A stretch of DNA of 64,000 nucleotides from the human T2T-CHM13v2.0 reference genome, Homo sapiens, in NCBI RefSeq assembly GCF_009914755.1, contig NC_060927.1; one strand, written 5' to 3'. Position 1 is the stretch's first letter; every line of letters begins with the position of its first letter. Shown piece by piece: positions 47,538 to 64,000 of this stretch. The position numbers were made by a program, and so were the translations under genes. Under the pieces are notes generated by a model. The model had not been told where the DNA came from and did not search any database. It saw only the letters and a list, made by a program, of their open reading frames with translations.

Positions 47538-48111
47538 CTTTGTGGTTTTATCTACCTTTGGTCTTCGATGATGGTGACATACAGATGGGTATTTGGTGTG
47601 GATGTCCTTTCTGTTTGTTATTTTTCTTTCTAACAGTCAGGACCCTCAGCTGCAGGTCTGTTGGAATTGGCTGGAGGTCCACTCCAGACCCTGTTTGCCT
47701 GGGTATCACCAGCAGAGGCTGCAGTATAGCAAATATTGCAGAATTGCAAATGTTGCTGCCTGATCCTTCCTTTGGAAGCTTCGTCTCAGAGGGGCAGCCA
47801 GCTGTATGAGGTGTCAGTCGGCCCCTACTGGGAGGTGTCTCTCAGTTAGGCTACTCAGGGGTCAGGGACCCACTTGAGGAGGAAGTCTGTCCATTCTCAG
47901 ATCTCAAACTCCATGCTGGGAGAACAACTACTCTCTTCAAAGCTGTCAGACAGGAACGTTTAAGTCTGTAGAAGTTTCTGCTGCCTTTTTTCAGCTATGC
48001 CCTGCCCCCAGAGGTGAAGTCTACAGAGGCAGGCAGGTGTCCTTGAGCTGTGGTGGGCTCCATGCAGTTTGAGCTTCCCAGCTACTTTGGTTACCTACTC
48101 AAGCCTCAGCA

Positions 48112-48318
48112 ATGGCAGACAACCCTCCCTCAGCCTTGCTGCCACCTTGCAGTTCGATCTCAGACTGCTATGCTAGCAGTGAGTGGGGCTCCATGGGTAT
48201 GGGACCCTGCAAGCCATGCACAGGATATAATCTCCTGGTGTGCCATTTGCTAAGACCGTTGGAAAGGCACAGTATTAGGGTGGGAGTTTCCCGATTTTCC
48301 AGGTACCATCTGTCATGA
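48112..48318 (+). other. L1-A antisense ORF0 homologue (68 aa, open)
   Basis: MADNPPSALLPPCSSISDCYAS... resembles L1 ORF0 MAGAPPPASLPPCSLISDCCAS; expression unknown. Confidence 0.6.
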
Positions 48319-48548
48319 CTTCCTTTGGCTATGAAAGGGAATTCCCTGACCCCTTGCACTTCCTGGGTGAGGCGATGTCCCGCCCTGCTTTGGCTCATGC
48401 TCCGTGGGCTGCACCCATTGTCTGAGAAACCCCAGTGAGATGAACCTGGTACCTCAGTTGGAAATGCAGAAATCACCCGTCTTCTGCCTTGCTCATGTTG
48501 GGAGCTGTAGACTGGAGGTATTCCTATTTGGCCATCTTGGAACCTCCC

Positions 48549-49948
48549 GTAGTGATGTTTTAATACATGTAATGTATAGTGATCAGATCAGGGTAATTAG
48601 CTTATCCATCACATCAAACATGGATCATTTATTTGTGTTGGAAACATTCAGTAACCTTTTTCTAGCTATTTGAAACTGTATAATACATTATTTTTAACTA
48701 TAGTCATCCTACAGAGGTATAGAACACTGGAATTGATTCCTCCTTATCTAGCTGTAGTTTTGTATTCCTTAGCAAATCTCTTCATATCCCTGTGTTTCCT
48801 CTACCCTTCCCAGCCTCTAGTGTACTCTGTTCTACTTTTTACTTCTATGAAATCAACTTTTTTTAGCTTCTGCATTTGAGTGAGAACATGTGGTGTTTAA
48901 CTTTCTGTTCCTGGCTCATTTCACTTAACATAATGTCTTCCAGTTCCAATCATGTTGCCGTGAATGATAGAATTTGATTCTTTTTAATGGCTGAATAGTA
49001 GTCCATTGTAAAGACCAAAAAAAGTTTAGAATTGATAAACTAATACAGTGAAGTTGCAAGATAGAAAATCAATATACAAAAATCAGTAATATTTCTATAT
49101 CTGAAGAATGAATTAGCTGAAAAAGAAATCAGCAAGACAATGCATTTACAATAGCTACAAAAACCAAACCAAACCAAACCAAACAAACAAAAAACAAACA
49201 AAAAACACCTAGAAGTTAGTTTAATCAGGAGATGTAAAACCTCTACAAGAAAAACTATAAAACATAAGTGAAATAAATTGAGGAGAATACAAACAAATGG
49301 AAAGACATCCCATGCTCATAGATTGGAAGAATTAATATTGTTAAAATGAGCATACGACCTAAAGCAACCTACAGGTTCAGTGCAATCCCTGTCAAAATAC
49401 CAATGACATTCTTCACAGAAATAGAAAAAAAAATTCTAAAATTTGTATGAAACCACAACGACCCTGAATAGCCAAAGCAATCCTGAGCAAAAAGAACAAA
49501 GCTGGAGGAATTATACTACCCGACTTCACAATGCACCACAAAGCTATAGTAACCAGAACAGCATGGTACCAGCATAAAAACAGACACATAAACCAATGAA
49601 ACAGAACAGAGAAGTCAGAAATTAATTTACATGTCTACAGCCAACTGATTTTTTGAAAAAGGTGCCAAGGACACTCATTGAGAAAAGGACAGGCTCTCCA
49701 ACAAATGGTGCTGGGAAAACTGGATATCCATATGCAGAAGACTGAAACTAGATTCCCACCTCTCACCCTCTGCAAAAGTAAACTTGAAATGAATTGAAGA
49801 CCTAAATGTAAGACCCAAGAACATAAAGCTGATAGAAGAAAACATAGGGAAAATGCTTCAGGACATTGGTTTGGGAAAGGATTTTATGATTAAGACCTCA
49901 AAAACACAGGCAAAAAAAGCAAAAATAAACAAATGGGATTGTATTAAA
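48549..49948. mobile_element. Remainder of the L1MA5-like element: minus-strand 3' part (48549-~49008) plus inverted plus-strand ORF2 part (~49009-49948)
   Basis: Orientation switch at gtccattg|taaagacc; outer TSD ttata(c/g)ttttcttt 41015-41028 / 49949-49962. Confidence 0.8.
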
Positions 49949-49962
49949 TTATAGTTTTCTTT

Positions 49963-50400
49963 TAAACTGAGGTATTACACCATAGTGCCCAGATATTAAA
50001 TATACAACTATATATTTTTACACATGTAAATGTCCATGTATCTACTACCTAGATCAAGAAATAGAACATTTCCAACACCCCAGAAGGTTCTCTTGTGCCT
50101 TGTCCCAGTCAATTCTTACCTCTACCCTGCATAACCAGTATTCTGATATCTATCTCCACAGATTAGTTTTCTTGTTCTTGAACTTCATGTAAATGGAATA
50201 ATAAAATATGTCATTTTTTGTATCTGGCTTTCTATGATTCATTATTTTGTCTATAAAATTTATCCATGTAGTTTTATGTTACAGCAGTTCTTTCAAAATT
50301 TCTGTATAGTATTCATTATATGAATATACCACAATTCATCCTTCTCTTATGTATTCTTCTCTTACCGGATTGCTTCCAATTTTTGCTTACCTTAATGTTT
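49963..50400 (-). mobile_element. Old L1M (L1MD/ME-like) 3' end
   Basis: agatcaagaaatagaacatttccaacaccccagaagg...ttgaacttcatgtaaatggaat. Confidence 0.7.
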
Positions 50401-50502
50401 TCAGAACCATGTTAGTGTCTATAAGCTGTTTTAATACTCTTTCTTCCCCCTAAGAAGCCTGCACCATACACAGGATGGGGATTTGTACCCTTATCTTAAT
50501 TT

Positions 50503-53259
<2,757 letters not shown>

Positions 53260-53272
53260 CTTATCTTAATTT

Positions 53273-53380
53273 TATAGATGACACACCTTTGCAGAGATTT
53301 CAGTGACTCATTCAAGGTTACATAGCCATGTAGGAAATGGAGGCAGAACTGGAACTCAGGTTTCTTGACTTCTGGTCTCT
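53273..53380 (-). mobile_element. MIR fragment (host of L1-B)
   Basis: ttttatagatg...agtgactcattcaaggttacatagc...atggaggcagaactggaactcaggt. Confidence 0.65.
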
Positions 53381-55393
53381 GGTAATCTTCCCCAGATCCC
53401 TGCTAGCATTTTCCTTGAAATTCCTGGCATCCAGAACCCAAGTTGGGGGCCCACTTCATCCCTTGGAGGGGACTATAAAAACTGCCTTTCTGACTGCCGA
53501 GACCCTGTTGAGACACCTCACTTGCCTGGAACCTGTTTTATGTTTGAACAAGTGCAGTTTCCCCCATATCCCTTCAGCTCAGGGAGATGCACTTGACACT
53601 CAGGTAGCAGCAACAATTAAGTCTCTTTCAAAAGGAAGCAGCTGAAATCCCCACTTGACAGTGCCTGGAGATTAAGCAGTTACAGCAAAAACTTATGCCT
53701 GTCAGGTACGGGCAGGGAGCAAGAACGTGCTGTGTGGATGTCATCTGCAAGGACACCTGGACTTAGATGTGTCATTGTAATGGTTCCCACTCCAGGAGGT
53801 TTGGCAAAACCGACAGGATGCAGCACTTGCCTTCCTGCCAATTCTCTGGAGCAGGCACTGGAGAGTGGGAAGCCTCTCAGTATTTAGGGAGCAGGATGAA
53901 AAGGCCACAGAACAGACAGAGCCCTGAGCATCGCTTCTGGTGATTTCTGAGCTGAGTATCCAGAGAATGATCCATTTTCATTCTGTCACTCTGCCATGAG
54001 CCTCACAAATCCTCATAATGCCCATGCCACATTCCTGCAGGGTTTCAAAGGGCCTAACAATGATGGACTCTGTGGTGGTGGTGTTGGCTGTGCCTCTGCC
54101 CTCTCTTTTCCCCACCATTCCTCCTTTCTTCCACCATCTCTCTTGCTTTCCTTTCTTATTTTCCTTTCTCTCATAATTGATTTAAAAAAAAAAGAAGAAG
54201 AGCCTCTAGGATAGAGTAATTAGGATTTACAGAGTGTTTCTGCACTAAAAAGGCCTCTAGTCTTCACAAGCCCCATCCATGTTAAGTCTTCTTACATGTT
54301 TACAGATGACAAATGCAAACTGAGAGAAATTCAGCAGGCTGATTGCAACCTGGTTTTCCTAGGGCTTTTCTGCATTCTGGGAATTCCCTTTGTCCAGGGA
54401 AATAGGGACAGTTCATCACTGTAAGGCAAAGTGACTTGCCTAAGATTACAAGCCAGGAGGTTCCAAGAATGAGACTTGAACTCAGGTCTCCCTGGTTCCC
54501 AAAGTGGCATTTTTCTTGTTCTTGATGTTGGCTTTTCCTAGCCTTTTCTTTGTTTGCACTTTGAGGGATAGGCTTAGCAGCCTTTGACATACAGTCAGAG
54601 ATGCCCACTGACAGGGGCTTAGTTGGTGCAGGAGAGGATGGGGAACAACCTTGAGGTTGGCTTAAGTTACACGCAGTCTCAGATGTGCTCCCATTGACAG
54701 CCTGGTCCACCTGACTTCAGCTGAGAAGAGGAAAAAAGCCTGTTTATTTATGTAGTGCAGGTAAAAAGAGAGCAGTAGAAATACTTCCAATCACTACTCT
54801 TCCTAATTTCCTAATCTTGGCTCAATTTAGGGGTTCCCAAGGTTTGGGAAAGTGGTATAGTTAGCATGGTGGCGATGTAGTGACCTGATGGATTATAGTC
54901 TGCAAGCTGCCAGATTCCTCATTTTTGGCCAGTTTGGGGGGAAGTTATGTTTTAATGGGGTCTCAAAGCCTTTTTTTTTTTTGCTCAAGTTGCATGTATC
55001 CAGCCGCAGTCCCACCCTTGTTAGGGGCTCAGCCCTCTTAGAGTGCAAACAATCCTCTGCTCCACAGAAGCGAGACCAGCATTCCCACCACATTTTTACC
55101 CAAGGACAATGTGCCTTTACTGAGAATTTCATTTTCTTTGACTCTACTTTTTTTTTTTAAAATTATACTTTGTTTTAATTCTTGTAAAGTGCATGTAACA
55201 TAAAACTTATCATTTTAATTGTTTTCAAATGTACAATTCAGTGGCATTAAGAACATTCACATTGTTGTGCAACCATCATCTCTATTCATATTTGGAAATT
55301 TTTTCATCATCTCAAAGTAAAAGTCTGTACCCATAAGACATAAGGCCACTCCTCATTTCCTACTGCCTCCAATGCCTGGTAACTACTGTTCTA

Positions 55394-55647
55394 TTTTTTT
55401 TTTTTTTTTCTGAGATGGAGTCTTGCTCTGTCGCCCAGGCAGGAGTGCAGTGGTGCGATCTCTGTTCACTGCAAGCTCCGCCTCCTGGGTTCATGCCATT
55501 CTCCTGCCTCAGCCTCCTGAGTAGCTGGGACTACAGGCACCCACCACCGCGCCCAGCTAATTTTTTGTATTTTTAGTAGAGATGGGGTTTCACCGTGTTA
55601 GCCAGGATGGTCTCAATCTCCTGACCTTGTGATCCGCCCGCCTCGGC
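55394..55647 (-). mobile_element. 5'-truncated AluY in the tail of an AluJ
   Basis: Y diagnostics gcaagctccgcc, gccattctcc, accgtgttagccaggatggtctc; ends at cctcggc. Confidence 0.88.
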
Positions 55648-55943
55648 TTTTAGACAAGGTCTTACCTTGTTACTCAGGCTGGAGTGTAGTGGTGTAATCA
55701 TGGTTCACTGCAGCCTTGACCTTCCCAGGCTTAAGTGATTGTTCTGCCTCAGCCTCCCAGGTAACTAGAACTACAGGCATGTGCCCCCATGCCTGGCTAA
55801 TTTTTTGTTTTTTTTGTTTTTTTTGTAGAGACAGGGTTTCTTCACGTTGTCCAGGCTGGTCTTGAATTCGTGGGCTCAAGCAATCTGCCCAGCTTAGCCT
55901 CCCAAAGTGTTGGGATTATGGGCGCGAGCAACTATGCCTAGCC
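55648..55943 (-). mobile_element. AluJ-type SINE
   Basis: tcactgcagccttgacc; gggctcaagcaatc; TSD gtaactact(g/a)ttcta 55379-55393 / 55945-55959 encloses both Alus. Confidence 0.88.
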
Positions 55944-57803
55944 AGTAACTACTATTCTACTTTCTGTCTCTATGAGTCAAGTATTCTAGGAAATTCATTT
56001 AAGTGACATCATATACTATTTTTCCTTTCATGCCTGGCTTATTTCACTTAGCAAAACGTTTTTAAGGTTCATTTGTATTGTAGCATGTATCAGAATTTTA
56101 TTCTTTTTTAGGCTGAACTATATTGCTTTGTATGTATATGACACATTTTGTTTATCTGTTCATTCATTGATAGACATTTGAGTTGTTTCCATTTTTGGGT
56201 ATTGTGAAAAATGCTGCTATGAACATTGGTGTACAAATATCTGTTCAAGTCTCTGGTTTCATTTCTTTTGAATATATACTTAGGGGTGGAATTTCTGGAT
56301 CATATGATAATTTAATGTTTAATTTTTTTGGTAACCACTATACTGTATTGTGCAGTGACTTTATCATTTTACATTCTCATCAGTAGGGCACAAGTGTTCC
56401 AATTTCTTCACATTCTCACCAATACTTAACTATTTTCCACTTTTTTTTTAAAACAATAGACATCCTAATTCATGTGAAGTAGTATCTCATTGTAGTTTTG
56501 ATTTGCATTTTTAAAATAATTGGTGTATTTGAGTGCCTTTTTATGTGCTTACAGGCCATTTGTGTATCTTCCTTGGGGAAATGTTTATTGAAATAGTTCA
56601 CTTACTTTTTAATGCAGTTGTGTGTCTTGTTGAGTTGCAGTGTTTCTAAAACATATATACTAGATATTAATCAGTTAGACTAATCAATTGTCATAAAGGG
56701 AGACAACACATGTTGCATAGTAAATATAGAACAAGATGACAAAAAACTAAGAATTAAAAGATTAGAGAGTATTTTTTAGATACTGGCCAGATGGCCGAAT
56801 AGGAACAGCTCCAGTCTACAGCTCCCAGCGTGAGCGACATGGAAGATGGGTGATTTCTGCATTTCCAACTGAGGTACCGGGTTCATCTCACTGGGGAGTG
56901 TCAGAAAATGGGTGCAGGACAGTGAGGGCAGTGGACCAAGCATGAACTGAAGCAGGGCGAGGCATTGCCTCACCCAGGAAGTGCAAGGGGTCAGGGAATT
57001 CCCTTTCCTAGTCAAAGAAAGGGGTGACAGACGGCAGCTGGAAAATCGGGTCACTCCCACACTAATACTGTGCTTTTCCAATGGTCTTAGCAAATGGCAC
57101 ACCAGGAGATTATATCCCGTGTGTGGCTCGGAGGGTCCTATGCCCATGGAGCCTCGCTCATTACTAGCACAGCAGTCTGAAATCAAACTGCAAGGCGGCA
57201 GCGAGGCTGGGGGAGGGGCAGCAGCCATTGCCGAGGCTTGAGTAGGTAAACAAACCAGCTGGGAAGCTCGAACTGGGTGGTGCCCACCACAGCTCAAGGA
57301 GGCCTGCCTGCCTCTGTAGACTCCATCTCTGGGGACAGGGCATAGCCAAACAAAAGGCAGCAGAAACCTCTGCAGACTTAAATGTCCCTGTCTGACAGCT
57401 TTGAAGAGGGTAGTGGTTCTCCCAGCATGCAGCTGGAGATCTGAGAATGGACAGACTGCCTCCTCAAGTGGGTCCCTGACCCCCGAGTAGCCTAACTGGG
57501 AGGCATCCCCCAGTAGGGGCAGACTGACACCACACACGGCCGGGTACTCCTCTGAGACAAAACTTCCAGAGGAACAATCAGACAGCAACATTTGCTGTTC
57601 ACCAATAACCACTATTCTGCAGCCTCCGCTGGTGATACCCAGGCAAACAGCATCTGGAGTGGACCTCTAGCAAACTCCAACAGACCTGCAGCTGAGGGTC
57701 TTGACTATTAGAAGGAAAACTAACAAACAGAAAGGACATCCACACCAAAACCCCATCTGTACTTCACCGTCATCAAAGACCAAAGGTAGATAAAACCACA
57801 AAG

Positions 57804-58821
57804 ATGGGGAAGAAAACAGAGCAGAAAAACTGGAAACTCTAAAAATCAGAGCACCTCTCCTCCTCCAAAGGAACACAGCTCATCACCAGCAATGGAACAA
57901 AGCTGGATGGAGAACGACTTTGATGAGTTGAGAGAAGAAGGCTTCAGATGATCAAACTACTCTGAGCTAAAGGAGGAAGTTCGAACCCATGGCAAAGAAG
58001 TTAAAAACCTTGAAAAAGGATTAGACAAATGGCTAACTAGAATAACCGATGCAGAGAAGTCCTTAAAGGACCTGATGGAGCTGAAAACCACCGCATGAGA
58101 ACTATGTGATGAACACACAAGCCTCAGTAGCCAATTCGATCAACTGGAAGAAAGGGTATCAGTGATGGAAGATCAAATGAATGAACTGAAGCGAGAAGAG
58201 AAGTTTAGAGAGAAAAGAATAAAAAGAAACTAACAAAGTCTCCAAGAAATATGGCACTATGTGAAAAGACCACAACTACATCTGACTGGTGTACCTGAAA
58301 GTGACAGGGAGAATGGAACTAAGTTGGAAAACACTCTGCAGGATATTATCCAGGAGAACTTCCCCAATCTAGCAAGGCAGGCCAACATTCAAATTCAGGA
58401 AATACAGAGAATGCCACAAAGATACTCCTCGAGAAGAGCAACTCCAAGACACATAATTTTCAGATTCACCAAAGTTGAAATGAAGGAAAAAATGTTAAGG
58501 GCAGCCAGAGAGAAAGGTTGGGTTACCCACAAAGGGAAGCCCATCAGACTATCAGCTGATCTCTCAGCAGAAACTCTGCAAGCCAGAAGAGAGTGGGGTC
58601 CAATATTCAACATTCTTAAAGAAAAGAATTTTCAAGCCAGAATTCCATGTCCAGCCAAATGAAGCTTCATAAGTGAAGGAGAAATAAAATACTTTACAGA
58701 CAAGCAAATGCTGAGAGATTTTGTCACCACTAGGCTTCCCCTACAAGAGCTCCTGAAGGAAGCACTAAACATGGAAAGGAACAACTGGCACCCACCACTG
58801 CAAAAACATGCCAAATTGTAA
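57804..58821 (+). pseudogene. L1-C ORF1, fragmented
   Basis: ATG at 57804; fragments GVPESDRENGTKLENTLQDIIQENFPNL and ...QKHAKL stop; internal stops. Confidence 0.9.
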
Positions 58822-58884
58822 AGACCGTCAATGCTAGGAAGAAACTGCATCAACTAATGAGCAAAATAACCAGCTAACATCATA

Positions 58885-62708
<3,824 letters not shown>

Positions 62709-63018
62709 ACAATGAGAACACATGGACACAGAAAGGGGACCATCACACACTGGGGCCTGTTGTTTGGTGGAGGGAGGGGGGAGGGATAACATTAGGAGAT
62801 ATACCTAATGTTAAATGATGAGTTAACGGGTGCAGCACAGCAACATGGCACATGTATACATATGTAACTAACCTGCACGTTGTGCACATGTACCCTAAAA
62901 CTTAAAGTATAACAAAAAATTAAAATTAAAAGATTAGAAAGCATAATTAACAAATCCTGCTTAATAACATTTGTAGAACATTGCAATAAACAACTAAGAA
63001 AGACATTATTTTCAAATA

Positions 63019-64000
63019 CAGGTATATTTTGGAGATATTGTGGGTTCAGTTACAGACCATTGCAATAAAGCAAATATTGCAATAATGTGAGTCACACAAA
63101 ATTTTTGGCTTTCCAGTGCATATAAAAGTTATGTTTACACTATACTGTACTCTATTAAGTGTGCAATAGCATTATGTCTAAAAAGCAATGTAAATATCTG
63201 AATTAAAAAACACTTTATTGCTAAGAAATGCTAATGATCATCTGAGCCTTCAGCAAGTCATGATCATCTTGATGGTAGAGGGTCTTGCCTCGATGTTGGT
63301 AGCTGCTGAGTCATCAGGTTGCTGCTTGCTGAAGGTTGGGGAGGCTGTGTTAATTTCTTGAAACAGAACAGCAATGAAGTTTGCCACATAGATTGACTCT
63401 TTCTCAAAATAGTTTTCTGTAGTGTGCAATGCTGTTTGATAGCATTTCATCCATAGTAGAACTTCTTTCAAAATTGCAGTCAATCTTCTCAAACCCCTCT
63501 GCTGCATTAACTAAGTTTATATAATATTCTAAATGCTTTGTTGTCATTTCAATAATGTTCACATAATCTTCACCAGGAGAAGATTCTATCTCAAACTATT
63601 TTCTTTGTTCAAACATAAGAAGCAAAGCTCATCCATTCAAGTTTTATCATGAGATTGCAGCAATTTGGTCATATTCTTAGGGTCTACTTCAGATTCTAGT
63701 TCTCTTGCTAATTCAAACACAACTACAGTTACTTCCTCCACTGAAGTCTTGAACCCCTCAAAGTCATCCATGAAAGCTGGAATGAACTTATTCCAAACTC
63801 CTGTTAATGTTATTTTGACCTCTTCTTATTAATCAAGAATGTTCTTAATGGCATCTAGAATGGTCAATCCTTTCCAGAAGGTTTTTGATTTACTTTGCCC
63901 AGATCCATCAGAGGAATCACTATGGCAGTGATAGCCTCACAAAATGTATTTCTTAAATGATAAGACTTGAAATTTGAAATTACTCTTTGGTTTATGGACT
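63019..64000 (-). mobile_element. Tigger1 DNA transposon (3' end; runs off the window)
   Basis: TA followed by caggtatattttggagatattgtgggttcagttacagaccattgcaataaagc, matching the rc of the Tigger1 right end; degenerate transposase C-terminus on the minus strand. Confidence 0.88.

Larger units (their letters stand above)
55165..56672 (-). mobile_element. L1MB-type 3' end, interrupted by two Alus
   Basis: acataaaacttatcattttaa...tacaattcagtggcattaagaacattcacattgttgtgcaaccatc. Confidence 0.85.

Noticed and set aside
56773-56788. Extra bases (tttttagatactggcc) before the L1-C start as a 5' transduction
   Set aside because: Too short to distinguish from untemplated addition or local mutation.

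Overview
Primate (human-like) non-coding genomic DNA, intronic or intergenic. I find no supportable host protein-coding exon, RNA gene or CpG island. Well over half is interspersed repeat: about 14 Alu/FLAM pieces, four primate L1PA insertions (two full-length, all ORF-disrupted), several old L1M fragments, MaLR and ERVL LTRs, L2/MIR, MER53, two Tigger-type DNA transposons and an SVA2 element. Subfamily names come from recalled consensus features and need RepeatMasker/Dfam confirmation. The interest lies in the architecture. (1) The full-length minus-strand L1 at 42.4-48.5 kb appears to carry a ~1.3 kb 3' transduction (41110-42400) with its own AATAAA, poly(A) and TSD, nested inside an older twin-primed L1MA. 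(2) Two inverted full-length L1s share a 491-bp tract that is 490/491 identical, next to ~10% divergent sequence, and three clustered L1s share a patchwork of non-consensus variants; both point to ectopic gene conversion. (3) There are two locally templated inverted insertions: a three-segment patchwork at 10.06-10.20 kb and a ~210-bp inverted copy at 39.2 kb. (4) Several retroposition products are atypical: a collapsed mini-Alu, a 3'-truncated Alu with TSD and an internally deleted L1. I see no evidence of a new protein-coding system.
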